Shown in pieces: positions 1-9,644 of a stretch of DNA of 64,000 nucleotides. The position numbers were made by a program, and so were the translations under genes. The number at the start of each line of letters is the position of its first letter. The first letter of the stretch is position 1. This DNA comes from Acidobacteriota bacterium (GTDB lineage: Bacteria; Acidobacteriota; UBA890), in assembly GCA_965214245.1 (NCBI GenBank), contig CBDCBL010000009.1, positions 15,551 to 79,550 of the forward strand, in the 5' to 3' direction. The notes beneath the pieces are model-generated. The model was not told the DNA's origin, searched no databases, and saw only the letters and a program-made list of their open reading frames with translations.

Positions 1-1
1 G

Positions 2-1294
2 GTGCACGCCGGCGGCGAGGCGATGGCCGCGGTTGATCGCCTTGCCTACGCAGATTTCGAGAAGTTCCTGAAACGTGTCGTCGGCACGCTTGTCCCGGTG
101 TACACAGCGCCGCTTCCCGACCTCGATGATCTCGGCGCCGGCGACAAGCTCGACCTGCTGCGCATCGGCTGGCGTTTACGCCGTCTCGGCCGCGCCGACA
201 TGCAGGAGGCAATGCGCGTGTTGCCGATGCCGGTACGCGACGTGGTGCAGGAACGCTTTGCCAGCCCGCTGTTGTGCGCCGCGATTTCGGGATCGTCGCT
301 GACCGGTTCCTGGTTCGGGCCGTTCTCCGCCGGGTCCATGTTCAACCTGGTGCACCAGCGCATCGCTGATGGGCGCCGCGTCGTCGCCGGTCCGGTGTTC
401 GCGCGCGGCGGTATGGGTGCGTTGGGCGAGGCGCTTGGCGCGGCAGCGCGCGCTGCGGGCGCCGAGCTGCGGACCGGGGCCGAGGTACGTGCCATCGGCG
501 ACGACCTGGGCCGGGCGACCGGGGTCGTGTTGGCCGATGGCGAAGTCGTTGAGGCCGGCACCGTGCTGTCGGGAATCGATCCGCGCACGACGTTACTGTC
601 GCTTGCCGAGCCGCAGGCGTTCGACCCGGAGTTCACGCGGACGGCGGCCAATATCAGGGCCCGCGCCGCCGTCGCCGTGGTGATGTTCGCTCTGGGCGAG
701 TTGCCCCGGTTACGTGACGAGCTCGCCGGGCTGCCCGACGCCGCGTCGGTGCTCGGCGGGCGGATTCAGATTGGCCCTTCGATCGAGTATCTCGAGCAGG
801 CCTTCGACGCCGGCCGCCATGGTGGCCTGCCCGAGCGCCCGTTCGTGCAACTCACGATACCGTCTCTCCGTGACCCGGCGCTCGCCCCCGAAGGCAAGCA
901 CGTGGCGACCGCCTGGGTGCAGACCGTGCCGCGCCATCTTGATGCCGACGATTGGGAGCAGGGGAGAGAGCGGCTCGCCGACGCCGTGGGCTCGGTAATC
1001 GACGGCGTGCTCCCCGGTTTCACCGGCCTGGTCGAATCGCGCTCCGTAACGGCGCCCCCCGACATCGAACAGCGCTTCGGGCTGGCCGGTGGTTGCCTCT
1101 ATCACGCCGACGTGAGCTTGGATCAATCGCTGTACCTGCGACCCATGGCCGGCTGGTCGCAATATCGAACGCCGCTGCGCGGCTTGTACCTGTGCGGTGC
1201 CGGCACTCATGGCGGCGGCGGAATTACCGGTCTCGCGGGCCGCAACGCGGCGCATCAGGTGCTCGGCGACCTCACGGCGGGAAGGAGCGGCTGA
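2..1294 (+). CDS. FAD-dependent oxidoreductase, phytoene desaturase (CrtI) family; 5' end lies outside the window
   Basis: The C-terminal region has the GAGTHGGGGITG motif typical of the CrtI/amine-oxidase fold. The ORF runs from the window start and its stop overlaps the next start (TGATG). Confidence 0.65.
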   Translation: MHAGGEAMAAVDRLAYADFEKFLKRVVGTLVPVYTAPLPDLDDLGAGDKLDLLRIGWRLRRLGRADMQEAMRVLPMPVRDVVQERFASPLLCAAISGSSLTGSWFGPFSAGSMFNLVHQRIADGRRVVAGPVFARGGMGALGEALGAAARAAGAELRTGAEVRAIGDDLGRATGVVLADGEVVEAGTVLSGIDPRTTLLSLAEPQAFDPEFTRTAANIRARAAVAVVMFALGELPRLRDELAGLPDAASVLGGRIQIGPSIEYLEQAFDAGRHGGLPERPFVQLTIPSLRDPALAPEGKHVATAWVQTVPRHLDADDWEQGRERLADAVGSVIDGVLPGFTGLVESRSVTAPPDIEQRFGLAGGCLYHADVSLDQSLYLRPMAGWSQYRTPLRGLYLCGAGTHGGGGITGLAGRNAAHQVLGDLTAGRSG

Positions 1295-2481
1295 TGGCCA
1301 TCGGCACGCCCTTCCACGAGCGCACCGGGCCGCTCAACAAGAGCCTCACGTGGCGCCCCTGGTCCGGGTACTTTTCAGCGGGTTGCTACGACGACTTCAT
1401 CCAGCCGGAGTACGCCGCCATTCGCAACAAGGCGGCAGTGATCGACGTTTCGCCGCTCTTCAAGTATTGGGTGGAGGGTCCCGACGCTACGGCGCTGATC
1501 CAGCGGATTTTCACCCGCAATATCGACAAGTGCGACGTGATGCAGGCCGTGTACACGCCCTGGTGTGACGCCGACGGCAAGGTCATGCAGGAGGGAACGG
1601 TCTTCCGCCTGGCGGATGACGTTTACCAGGTCAACGCTGCGGAGCCGGCGCTGCGTTGGCTGCAGATGAACGCGATCGGCCACGACGTCGTGCTGCGCGA
1701 CCAATCGGCAGAGGTCGGTGTGTTGGCCCTGCAGGGGCCTACGTCGCGCGTCGTGCTGGCGGCCTGCTTCGACGGTGAGATTGCCGACCTGCCTTTCTTC
1801 CGCATCACTTCGGGGTCAATCGGCGGGGCTCCGGTGACGATCTCACGCACGGGCTACACGGGCGACCTCGGCTACGAGATCTGGATTGCCGCTGCCGACG
1901 CCATCACCGTGTGGGACGCGCTGTTTGCTGCCGGGGCTCCGTTCGGCATCACCCCGTGCGGCATTCTGGCGATGGACGTGGCGCGGGTGGAGGCCGGCTT
2001 CATCCTGATTGACGTCGATTACATCAGCTCGGAGCGAGCCCTCATCCCCGAGCACGCGTACTCGCCCTACGAGCTCGGGCTTGGCTGGTCGGTGAAGCTC
2101 GACAAGGGGCACTTCGTGGGGCGCGGGGCACTGGTGGCCGAACGCGAGCGCGGCACCGAACGCCGCGTCGTCGGCGTCGAGGTCGATTGGGAGCCACTCG
2201 AGCAAATTCACGCAGCCGACAGCTTGATGCCGGACCTGCCGTTGCTGACCTGCCGGGAGTCGGTGCCGCTGTACGCCGACGGCGGCCAGATCGGCCGGGT
2301 GACCACGCGCTGTTGGTCGACCTTGCTGAAAAAGTACATCGGCATCGCCACCGTCGATTCCCAATACTCCACCGCCGGGACCAACGTCGATATGGAGATC
2401 ACGGTGAACTTCCGCCGCCGCCGCGTGCCGACCCGAGTGGTGCAGCTGCCGCACTTCCGTCCCGACCGTCTACGCGCCTAG
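1294..2481 (+). CDS. GcvT-like aminomethyltransferase family protein (glycine-cleavage T-protein fold)
   Basis: The sequence [14 protein letters not shown]...[26 protein letters not shown] is typical of GcvT/DmdA-family folate-binding proteins. A GGAAGGAG ribosome-binding site lies 7 nt upstream of the ATG at 1294. The longer 509-aa ORF is an artefactual N-terminal extension. Confidence 0.75.
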   Translation: MAIGTPFHERTGPLNKSLTWRPWSGYFSAGCYDDFIQPEYAAIRNKAAVIDVSPLFKYWVEGPDATALIQRIFTRNIDKCDVMQAVYTPWCDADGKVMQEGTVFRLADDVYQVNAAEPALRWLQMNAIGHDVVLRDQSAEVGVLALQGPTSRVVLAACFDGEIADLPFFRITSGSIGGAPVTISRTGYTGDLGYEIWIAAADAITVWDALFAAGAPFGITPCGILAMDVARVEAGFILIDVDYISSERALIPEHAYSPYELGLGWSVKLDKGHFVGRGALVAERERGTERRVVGVEVDWEPLEQIHAADSLMPDLPLLTCRESVPLYADGGQIGRVTTRCWSTLLKKYIGIATVDSQYSTAGTNVDMEITVNFRRRRVPTRVVQLPHFRPDRLRA

Positions 2482-2570
2482 CGCTGTACCCGGTAGCCGA
2501 CGCGGGACACGGTCAGGATATGCTCCGGCTCCGACGGATCGTCCTCGAGCTTGCGGCGTAGCTCGGCGAT
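2478..2570 (-). pseudogene. Relic 3' end (~30 codons) of an OmpR-family response-regulator gene
   Basis: The minus-strand frame reads ...[32 protein letters not shown], the winged-helix C-terminus signature. No upstream remainder is present, and an AT-rich junction (2580-2683) follows. Confidence 0.35.
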
Positions 2571-2683
2571 GTGGGTGTGCCGACAGCTCTGGTGGCTATC
2601 TCGTCTTGTTGCGCAACCAGTCGGAGGCTGCCGGAGTTCTCCGTGTAGTAGCGCTCACGACTTAAAATGACTAGAGTAGTTAT

Positions 2684-2983
2684 ATGATATCGACTAGTAA
2701 GACTATCTCTGTCTCCCAGCTCAAGGCGAGGCTTTCCGAACAACTCCGCAGGGTGAAAGCCGGGGAAACTGTACTGATCACCGAACGTGGCCGTCCCATA
2801 GGGGTGATGAGTCCTTTGCCGCAAGGGAGCTTACAGGAAGACCTGGTTGAGCTCGCCGAAGCCGGCCTGGTCCGGCTTGCCTCACGGTCGCTCGAGCCCG
2901 GTTTCTGGGACGAGAACCGCGCTGCCGACCCGGAGGGCCGGGTGCGCCAAGCGATCCTCGACGAACGCGAGGAAGGACGGTGA
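2684..2983 (+). CDS. Phd/YefM-family type II antitoxin
   Basis: It is 99 aa, MISTSKTISVSQLKARLSEQLRRVKAGETVLITERGRPIGVM... Its stop overlaps the toxin GTG start by 4 nt (GTGA), and an AT-rich promoter lies upstream. Confidence 0.8.
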   Translation: MISTSKTISVSQLKARLSEQLRRVKAGETVLITERGRPIGVMSPLPQGSLQEDLVELAEAGLVRLASRSLEPGFWDENRAADPEGRVRQAILDEREEGR

Positions 2984-3411
2984 TCTTCTGGGATTCGTCG
3001 GCGGTTATTCCGTTGATCGTTGACGAGCCGGCTTCCGAGGCTGCCCGTGCCGCGTTCGACGCCGACGAGGCGATGCTGGTTTGGTAGGCGACGCCCGTTG
3101 AATGCCTGTCGGCGATCGCCTGCCGTGAGAGCGACGGCAGTTTGATGGCGGCGCAAGCAGACGCCTCGCGGCACAATCTCGGAACGTTGGCGGCTACCTG
3201 GAACGAGGTGCTCGCCTCGGAGCGCGTTCGCGAGCACGCCGGGCGTCTCCTGAGGAGGCATCTGCTTCGTTCGGCGGACGCCCTGCAACTGGGCGCCGCA
3301 TTGACCTGGTCTCACGAGCGGCCTCGCGATCACGCCATATGTACGCTCGATGCGCGGCTCGCGGCAGCGGCACGGGGTGAAGGGTTCCGGCTCCTTCTCT
3401 GGATTGACTAA
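2980..3411 (+). pseudogene. vapC: VapC-like PIN-domain toxin interrupted by an in-frame amber codon (TGG to TAG at 3085-3087)
   Basis: The N-terminal part VIFWDSSAVIPLIVDEPASEAARAAFDADEAMLVW* and the same-frame downstream part ATPVECLSAIA...LQLGAALTW...RLLLWID together form a complete PIN fold. Confidence 0.7.
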
Positions 3412-3487
3412 CCGAACCTGGCACCACGCTCGCCCAAAAAGGGGCCACCGGGCAGTGCCCGCGGCTCCGTTTGGCTACAATTCCCCC

Positions 3488-5287
3488 GTGAACATTCGCA
3501 ACTTTTGCATCATCGCCCATATCGACCACGGCAAGTCGACGCTGGCTGACCGTTTGATCCAGCGCTGTGGAGGTGTGTCCGATCGTGAGTTCCAGGACCA
3601 GCTCCTGGACACGATGGACCTCGAGCGTGAGCGCGGCATCACCATCAAGAGCAACACGATCACCCTCGAGTACGAGGCCGCCGACGGTCAGAAGTACACG
3701 CTCAACCTGATCGACACGCCGGGCCACGTCGACTTTTCGCACGAGGTGCGTCGCTCGCTCATGGCCTGCGAGGGGGCGCTGCTGCTGGTCGACGCAACGC
3801 AGGGCGTCGAGGCCCAAACCGTGGCCAACGTTTACCTGGCGCTCGAGCAGGAGCTCGAAATCCTGCCGGTGATCAACAAGATCGACATGCCCGCTGCGGA
3901 CATCGACCGCATGCACGAGGAGATCGACGAGGACTTGGGCCTCGACCCGTTCGAGGCCATTCCCGTGTCTGCCAAGCTGGGAACGGGGATCGACGAATTG
4001 CTCGAGGCAATCGTCGCCAAGCTGCCGGCTCCGGAAATCGATCCCGAGGCAGCGCTCAAGGCGCTGATCTTCGACGCCGAGTACAACGCCTATCGCGGCG
4101 TGATTCTCCTGGTGCGCGTGTTCGACGGCACCGTTCGTCCCGGCCAGGTGATCCGCTTGATGCACAACGGTGCCGAGTACGAGGTCGAGGAGGTCGGCTT
4201 GATCCAACTCGAGCGGGTGAAACAAGAGGCGCTCGGCGCGGGCTCGGTGGGCTACGTGATCGCCAACATCAAGGCGATCAACGATATCGACATCGGCGAC
4301 ACGGTGACCGATGCGGCGCAACCGGCGACCGAGCCGTTGGCCGGTTACGTCGACGCCAAGCCGGTGGTGTTCTCCTCGATCTTCCCGGTATCCAACGATG
4401 ACTACGAGGATCTGACAAGGGCGCTCGACAAGCTCAAGCTCAACGACGCCGCGCTGACGTTCCAGAAGGACTCGTCGAACGCCCTCGGTTTCGGTTTTCG
4501 CTGCGGTTTCCTCGGCATGCTGCACCTCGACGTGGTGCTCGAGCGGCTGAGCCGTGAGTTCGATCTGGCCCTGCTGCTGACGGCACCGTCGGTACAGTTT
4601 CGTGTTACGACCGCAGACGGCGAGACGCGGGTGATCGAGAACCCGTCGGAGTATCCCGACCCGGCAGCCATCGAGCTCGTCGAGGAGCCGTACATCAAGG
4701 GCTCGATCCTGATGCCCGATCGCTACGTCGGTACGGTGATGGATCTGTTGCGTGAGAAGCGGGGTGTCGACATCAAATTCAACTACCTGGCCGCCGGCCG
4801 CGTCGACATGACCGCCGAGCTGCCGCTGGCGGAGGTTCTGTTCGACTTTTACGACCGGCTCAAGACGATCACCCAGGGCTACGGCTCGTTCGACTACGAG
4901 CTGCTCGATTATCGCCGCACGGACCTGGCCAAAGTCGACATACTGGTGAACGGCGAGCGGGTCGACGCCCTCGCCATGCTGGTGCACCGCGACAAGGCTC
5001 GGGGCCGCGCCCTACACGCCTGCAAGCAACTCGAGCGGACCATTCCCAAGCAGAACTTCAAGATCGCCATCCAGGGGGCGATCGGGCGCGACATCATTGC
5101 GCGGCGCACCATCAGCGCCTATCGCAAAGACGTCACCGCCAAGTGCTACGGCGGCGACATTACGCGCAAGCGCAAGCTGCTGGAGAAGCAGAAAGAGGGT
5201 AAGAAGCGGGCACGCGCCTTCGGCAACGTCGAGGTGCCCCAGGAAGCCTTTCTGGCGGTGCTGCGCACCGATTCCGACGAGGCCTGA
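3488..5287 (+). CDS. lepA: Elongation factor 4 (LepA)
   Basis: VNIRNFCIIAHIDHGKSTLADRLIQ... gives a 600-aa protein co-linear with LepA. The GTG start is chosen by alignment; the longer upstream ORF is an artefact. Confidence 0.9.
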   Translation: MNIRNFCIIAHIDHGKSTLADRLIQRCGGVSDREFQDQLLDTMDLERERGITIKSNTITLEYEAADGQKYTLNLIDTPGHVDFSHEVRRSLMACEGALLLVDATQGVEAQTVANVYLALEQELEILPVINKIDMPAADIDRMHEEIDEDLGLDPFEAIPVSAKLGTGIDELLEAIVAKLPAPEIDPEAALKALIFDAEYNAYRGVILLVRVFDGTVRPGQVIRLMHNGAEYEVEEVGLIQLERVKQEALGAGSVGYVIANIKAINDIDIGDTVTDAAQPATEPLAGYVDAKPVVFSSIFPVSNDDYEDLTRALDKLKLNDAALTFQKDSSNALGFGFRCGFLGMLHLDVVLERLSREFDLALLLTAPSVQFRVTTADGETRVIENPSEYPDPAAIELVEEPYIKGSILMPDRYVGTVMDLLREKRGVDIKFNYLAAGRVDMTAELPLAEVLFDFYDRLKTITQGYGSFDYELLDYRRTDLAKVDILVNGERVDALAMLVHRDKARGRALHACKQLERTIPKQNFKIAIQGAIGRDIIARRTISAYRKDVTAKCYGGDITRKRKLLEKQKEGKKRARAFGNVEVPQEAFLAVLRTDSDEA

Positions 5288-5296
5288 CGGGGAGCC

Positions 5297-6685
5297 ATGA
5301 GCGCCGTGCCGGGCGGCCCCGACAAGCGCCCGTCGAATTCTCCGTCGCCGCGGCCCGCCGAGCCCGCAGCGCGCCTTCCACCGCTCGAGCCCGGCGCCGC
5401 CCCACCGCCTGGCGCACCCGGGCTCTACATCCACGTCCCGTTCTGTGACCGCGTCTGTCCGTACTGCGATTTCGCCGTGCAGACGGGCGGCCCGCGCAAG
5501 CGCGCAGCCTACGTCCGCTCGTTGTTGCGGGAGATTCACGGCTTGGGGGAACGGGCGGGCGCCCCGGCTACATCGGAGGCCCGCAGCGACAACGTCGCAG
5601 GCTCGCCGGATCGTACGCCTCATCCTCTTCGGGCCCAGGAGCCACTTTGGAGCGTGGGGCAGCCTTTCGACAGCATCTACTTGGGTGGCGGGACGCCATC
5701 GGCGTTGTCCGCCGCAGCGCTCGAGGAGATCCTGGCGACGGTGCGCGAGGTGCTACCAGTTGACAGCGGCGCAGCGATCACGCTGGAGGCGAATCCGGAG
5801 GATGTCACCGACGACAGCCTGGACTCTTGGCGACGGCAGGGTGTGTCGTGCCTCAGCCTCGGCGTGCAATCGTTCGATGCCGTAACGCTCGAGCTCTTGG
5901 GGCGTGTGCATACGCCGGAGCAGGCGATCGCGGCGAGCGAGCGGTCGATTTCTGCCGGATTCGAGGCAGTGTCGCTCGACTTGATCTTCGCCGTCCCCGG
6001 CCAGTCGGCCGAGAGTTGGCGCGCCACGCTGCAGCACGCCATCGATCTGCGGCCGCACCACATCTCCTGCTACGAGCTCACCGTCCACGAACGCACCCGC
6101 TTCTATCGGGAGCGGGCGCAGGGCGATTTTGCCGAGGTACCCGACGACGACAAGGCAGAGCAATTCTTCCTAACGCACCGTTTTCTCGCCGGCGCCGGCT
6201 ACCCGGCCTACGAAGTGTCGAACTTCGCGCGTCGCCCGCAGTTCCGCTCGCGCCACAACGCCAAGTATTGGGACCACACGCCGTACCTTGGCCTCGGGCC
6301 GTCGGCGCACTCGTTCGACGGCAACAACAAGCGCTGGTGGAACGAGCGTCGCTTGAGCGACTGGCAGCGGGTGCTCGAGGAGGCGAGTTGTGCGGTCGCC
6401 GAACAAGAGCGCCTGACTTCCGAGCAGCTCGTCCTCGAGGCGTTGGCGCTGGGGTTGCGCACGACCAGGGGACTGGATCTCGAGCACATGTCGGGGCGTT
6501 ACGGCATCGACTTGCGGCCCGCTAACGCCGCGTTGATCGATGAGCTCGTCGGGCGCGGCTTACTGCAGGGCAGGGCCGGATCGCGCTTGACGCCGACACT
6601 CGAAGGGCTGGCGATGGCCGACACGCTCGCCGGCGCCTTCACGATTCCGGCCCCGGCTCAGCGCCGCCAGGGTGCGCGCGGGTAG
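5297..6685 (+). CDS. hemW: Radical-SAM heme chaperone HemW (HemN-like), with a Pro-rich N-terminal extension and a ~25-aa insertion
   Basis: LYIHVPFCDRVCPYCDF...GGGTPS is the radical-SAM motif. The gene follows lepA, which is conserved synteny. Confidence 0.8.
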   Translation: MSAVPGGPDKRPSNSPSPRPAEPAARLPPLEPGAAPPPGAPGLYIHVPFCDRVCPYCDFAVQTGGPRKRAAYVRSLLREIHGLGERAGAPATSEARSDNVAGSPDRTPHPLRAQEPLWSVGQPFDSIYLGGGTPSALSAAALEEILATVREVLPVDSGAAITLEANPEDVTDDSLDSWRRQGVSCLSLGVQSFDAVTLELLGRVHTPEQAIAASERSISAGFEAVSLDLIFAVPGQSAESWRATLQHAIDLRPHHISCYELTVHERTRFYRERAQGDFAEVPDDDKAEQFFLTHRFLAGAGYPAYEVSNFARRPQFRSRHNAKYWDHTPYLGLGPSAHSFDGNNKRWWNERRLSDWQRVLEEASCAVAEQERLTSEQLVLEALALGLRTTRGLDLEHMSGRYGIDLRPANAALIDELVGRGLLQGRAGSRLTPTLEGLAMADTLAGAFTIPAPAQRRQGARG

Positions 6686-8151
6686 CGCTGCAGCAGCCCC
6701 TCCTCAGCGATCACCGCCTCGATGCCGGAAATGTCCATGGGGAGGAACCCCGACATGTTCTCGGCGCCGTCGTCGGTGATCAGGATCATGTCCTCGAGGC
6801 GGATGTAGATCTGCTCCTCGGGGATGCGGAACTGGGGCTCGATGGTGAACACCATGCCCGGCACCAGCACGCCGTCGCCGCGCCCCACGTCGTGCACCGC
6901 CATGCCGACACCGTGGCCGAGGCTGCCACCGCTGCGTGAAGCGGAGCGCGCGTAGCTGTCGACGAAGCGCTCCGCGGCAGCGCGGTAGTGGGGCTTGGAG
7001 AACTCCCAGCGCTCGAGGATGCGCCGCATCTCGGCGAGGGCGTCCTGCTTGATCGCTTGCACGTCGCCGGGGCGGATGTTGTCGAGGATGGCGCGATAAT
7101 AGGCGAGGTAGAAGCCGTAGAGCTCGCGTTGCCAGCCGTTGAACGTGCCGTTGACCGGCCACTGGCGCGTCACGTCGGCGACGTAGTGACCGACGTCGGG
7201 GGCGAAGTCCATCAGCAGTAACTCGCCGTCCTCCATGCGGTCGGCGCCGGCGTGGTAGTGGGCATTCCAGGCGTTGGTGCCCGCGGCGATCAACGAGTAG
7301 TAGGCGTCGGCCTGGGCGCCGTTGCGGTAGAAAATGAACTTGGCGAGACCGTCGAGCTCGTACTCCATCAGGCCGGGCTCGGTGGAGCGCATCGCCTCCA
7401 TGATGGCGAGCCCCGACAGGTCGGTGGCACGCCGGATGAGGGCGATCTCGCGCTCGCTCTTGATGAGGCGCAAGTGGTCGAGGGTGGGGGAGAGGTCCTC
7501 CACGTCGAGCGCCGGAAAGCGCTCCTCGAGCAAGCCGATGAAGTGCTCCTCGCGCGCCGGTCGGCCGTCCCACGGATCGGTCTTGATGTCGTTGATCCGG
7601 CGACGGCCGAGGTCGCGGCTCACCGAGGCGCCCTCGGCCGGCTGGAACGGGGTGTACAAGCTCGGTGCCGGGCTCCGGCGTGCGTGGCGGCGCAGGTCGT
7701 CTTCGAGGTCGCCGCTGGCACGTACGGCCTCGGCGCCGGTAAGCCACATCACCAGCTCGTTGTCCTCGGCCGAGAGCACCTTGCCCTCGCTGCTCTCGCG
7801 GCGCCCGTCGCGCCGCGGCAGATACAGCGTCGAGTTCCGGGTGGCGCCGTCGATGAGCAGGTAGGCGTGGGGGGTCTTGATGCCCGTCAGATAGTAGAAC
7901 TCGTTGCTTTGCCGGAAGCGCGCGTAGCCGACGGCGGAGGGCGCCCCCTGGACGACGGCGATGGCGCGGCGGCCGATGGCCTCGGCGACGCGCGTACGCC
8001 GGGCGGTGAGCTCCTCAGCGGGGAAGTCCTTGGTGAACAGCGGTGTTTGCGTAGGGGCCGGCGCTGGCGCTGCGATCGCCACGATCGACAGCAGTAGCAT
8101 CGCGGCGGCGGCTAGAAGCCGGCGTTTGCGGGCCCATGATGCGGTCGACAT
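6658..8151 (-). CDS. pepP: Secreted Xaa-Pro aminopeptidase (M24 family)
   Basis: There is an N-terminal signal peptide. The C-terminal pita-bread fold includes HGVGMAVHD and a creatinase-like N-domain. Confidence 0.7.
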   Translation of the reverse strand: MSTASWARKRRLLAAAAMLLLSIVAIAAPAPAPTQTPLFTKDFPAEELTARRTRVAEAIGRRAIAVVQGAPSAVGYARFRQSNEFYYLTGIKTPHAYLLIDGATRNSTLYLPRRDGRRESSEGKVLSAEDNELVMWLTGAEAVRASGDLEDDLRRHARRSPAPSLYTPFQPAEGASVSRDLGRRRINDIKTDPWDGRPAREEHFIGLLEERFPALDVEDLSPTLDHLRLIKSEREIALIRRATDLSGLAIMEAMRSTEPGLMEYELDGLAKFIFYRNGAQADAYYSLIAAGTNAWNAHYHAGADRMEDGELLLMDFAPDVGHYVADVTRQWPVNGTFNGWQRELYGFYLAYYRAILDNIRPGDVQAIKQDALAEMRRILERWEFSKPHYRAAAERFVDSYARSASRSGGSLGHGVGMAVHDVGRGDGVLVPGMVFTIEPQFRIPEEQIYIRLEDMILITDDGAENMSGFLPMDISGIEAVIAEEGLLQRYPRAPWRR

Positions 8152-8165
8152 CGACTTTCTCCCCG

Positions 8166-9323
8166 TTAGTTTTCGTCGGCGGGCTCCAAGCGGACGATCG
8201 GGGTGAGGCCGTCGTCGCGATCCTCGATGGCCACATAGATGTAACCGTCCGGGCCCTGGCGCACGTCACGGATGCGCCCGATGCCGCGCAGCAGGGTCTC
8301 TTCCTGCACGATGTCGTCGCCGTCCATGATGAGGCGGGCGAGCTGCCGGCCGGATAGGCCGCTAACGAACATGTTGCCGTGCCAGCGGGGGAACTTGTCG
8401 CCCGTGTAGATCATCATGCTGGAGGTGGCGATAGACGGCACCCAGACGTGGATGGGTTGTTCCATGCCGTCGCGGTGGGTGCCCTCGTGGATGGCCAGTC
8501 CACTGCGGTAGTTGACGCCGAAGCCGATCACCGGCCAGCCGTAGTTGTTCCCCGGCTGGATGAAGTTGACCTCGTCGCCGCCCTGCGGGGCGTGCTCGGC
8601 GACGAAGATGCTGCCGGTCTCCGGGTGGATGGCGAGGCCCTGCGGATTGCGATGGCCGTAGCTCCAGATTTCCGGCAGGGCGCCCTCCTGGGCGACGAAC
8701 GGGTTGTCCTCAGGCACGCTGCCGTCCCGGTGCAAGCGGACGACAACGCCATGGTGGTTCGAGAGATCCTGCGCCGGGTGGGTCTCCAGGTCACCGCGTG
8801 ACGGAGCCTGTCGCTCGCCCACCGAGATGAACATGTAGCCGTCGGCGTCGAAGATGATGCGCGAGCCGTAATGGCCCCCGCCCCGGGTGTCCGCTTCGAA
8901 GATGTCCTCGACGTCAGCGAGCCGGTCGTTCTCGAAGCGCCCGCGCACCACCGCCGTAGTCGAGTTGTCGCCCACGGGCTTCGAGTAGCTCAGGTAGACG
9001 AGACGGTTGGAGGCGTAGTCGGGGTGCAGCACGACGTCCATGAGGCCGCCCTGGCCGCGCGCGAACACCTCGGGAACCCCGGGGACGGCGTCGGGCAGCA
9101 ACACGCCATCACGCACAATGCGCAGGCGGCCGGGCCGCTCGGTAACCAGCATGTCACCGTTCGGCAGCCAGGCCATCGACCATGGGATTTCCAGCCCGTC
9201 GACGACGGTGACGATGCGGAAGTGATGCTCGCCGGCGCGGTGGATCGGCGATTGACCGAATCCGGTGGTGGCGACCAACACCAAGAGCGCAGCGGCGATC
9301 AAAGCGGAGGGCGTACGAATCAT
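8166..9323 (-). CDS. PQQ-dependent soluble sugar (aldose/sorbosone) dehydrogenase, secreted
   Basis: There is a signal peptide. The beta-propeller sequence ...GLEIPWSMAWLPNGDMLVTERPGRLRIV...HGGSRIIFD... is YliI/SGDH-like. Confidence 0.75.
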   Translation of the reverse strand: MIRTPSALIAAALLVLVATTGFGQSPIHRAGEHHFRIVTVVDGLEIPWSMAWLPNGDMLVTERPGRLRIVRDGVLLPDAVPGVPEVFARGQGGLMDVVLHPDYASNRLVYLSYSKPVGDNSTTAVVRGRFENDRLADVEDIFEADTRGGGHYGSRIIFDADGYMFISVGERQAPSRGDLETHPAQDLSNHHGVVVRLHRDGSVPEDNPFVAQEGALPEIWSYGHRNPQGLAIHPETGSIFVAEHAPQGGDEVNFIQPGNNYGWPVIGFGVNYRSGLAIHEGTHRDGMEQPIHVWVPSIATSSMMIYTGDKFPRWHGNMFVSGLSGRQLARLIMDGDDIVQEETLLRGIGRIRDVRQGPDGYIYVAIEDRDDGLTPIVRLEPADEN

Positions 9324-9341
9324 TTCGAGTCTCCTTGTAGT

Positions 9342-9623
9342 TTATTCCGAGAGCCAACGAATCGAGTCGGGTGGTGTACGGCTGCAGGCGATGCTGTCGG
9401 TGACGCCGCCGGAGATACTAGCGCAGGCGTTGGTGGCGGCGTGGCGTAGGGCGTCCTCGCGGTTTGCGGCGGCGGCTTCCCCGCATGAGGTTCGTCCCCG
9501 GAACGTGATGCAGATCTCCACGCTGACCTCGTGGATGCCCATCGAGCTGTAGATAATGGTTCCCAGCGCCAGGGCGACGAAGCCGGCCACGGCGACGGTC
9601 ACTCCGATGCGCGAATTGTCCAT
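9342..9623 (-). CDS. Small hypothetical membrane protein (1 TM helix, 4 Cys), cotranscribed with the sugar dehydrogenase
   Basis: Third-codon positions are GC-rich and codon usage looks coding. It is 93 aa and sits 19 nt upstream of the dehydrogenase start. Confidence 0.4.
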   Translation of the reverse strand: MDNSRIGVTVAVAGFVALALGTIIYSSMGIHEVSVEICITFRGRTSCGEAAAANREDALRHAATNACASISGGVTDSIACSRTPPDSIRWLSE

Positions 9624-9644
9624 GCTCGAGCTCCGCTGCTTCGT

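Noticed and set aside
952-2481. A 509-aa ORF as the GcvT-like gene
   Set aside because: Its first 114 codons overlap the upstream oxidoreductase in another frame. An RBS plus ATG at 1294 gives the conventional-length protein.
3194-4987. A 597-aa minus-strand ORF overlapping lepA
   Set aside because: Antisense artefact of high GC; lepA in the + frame is unambiguous.
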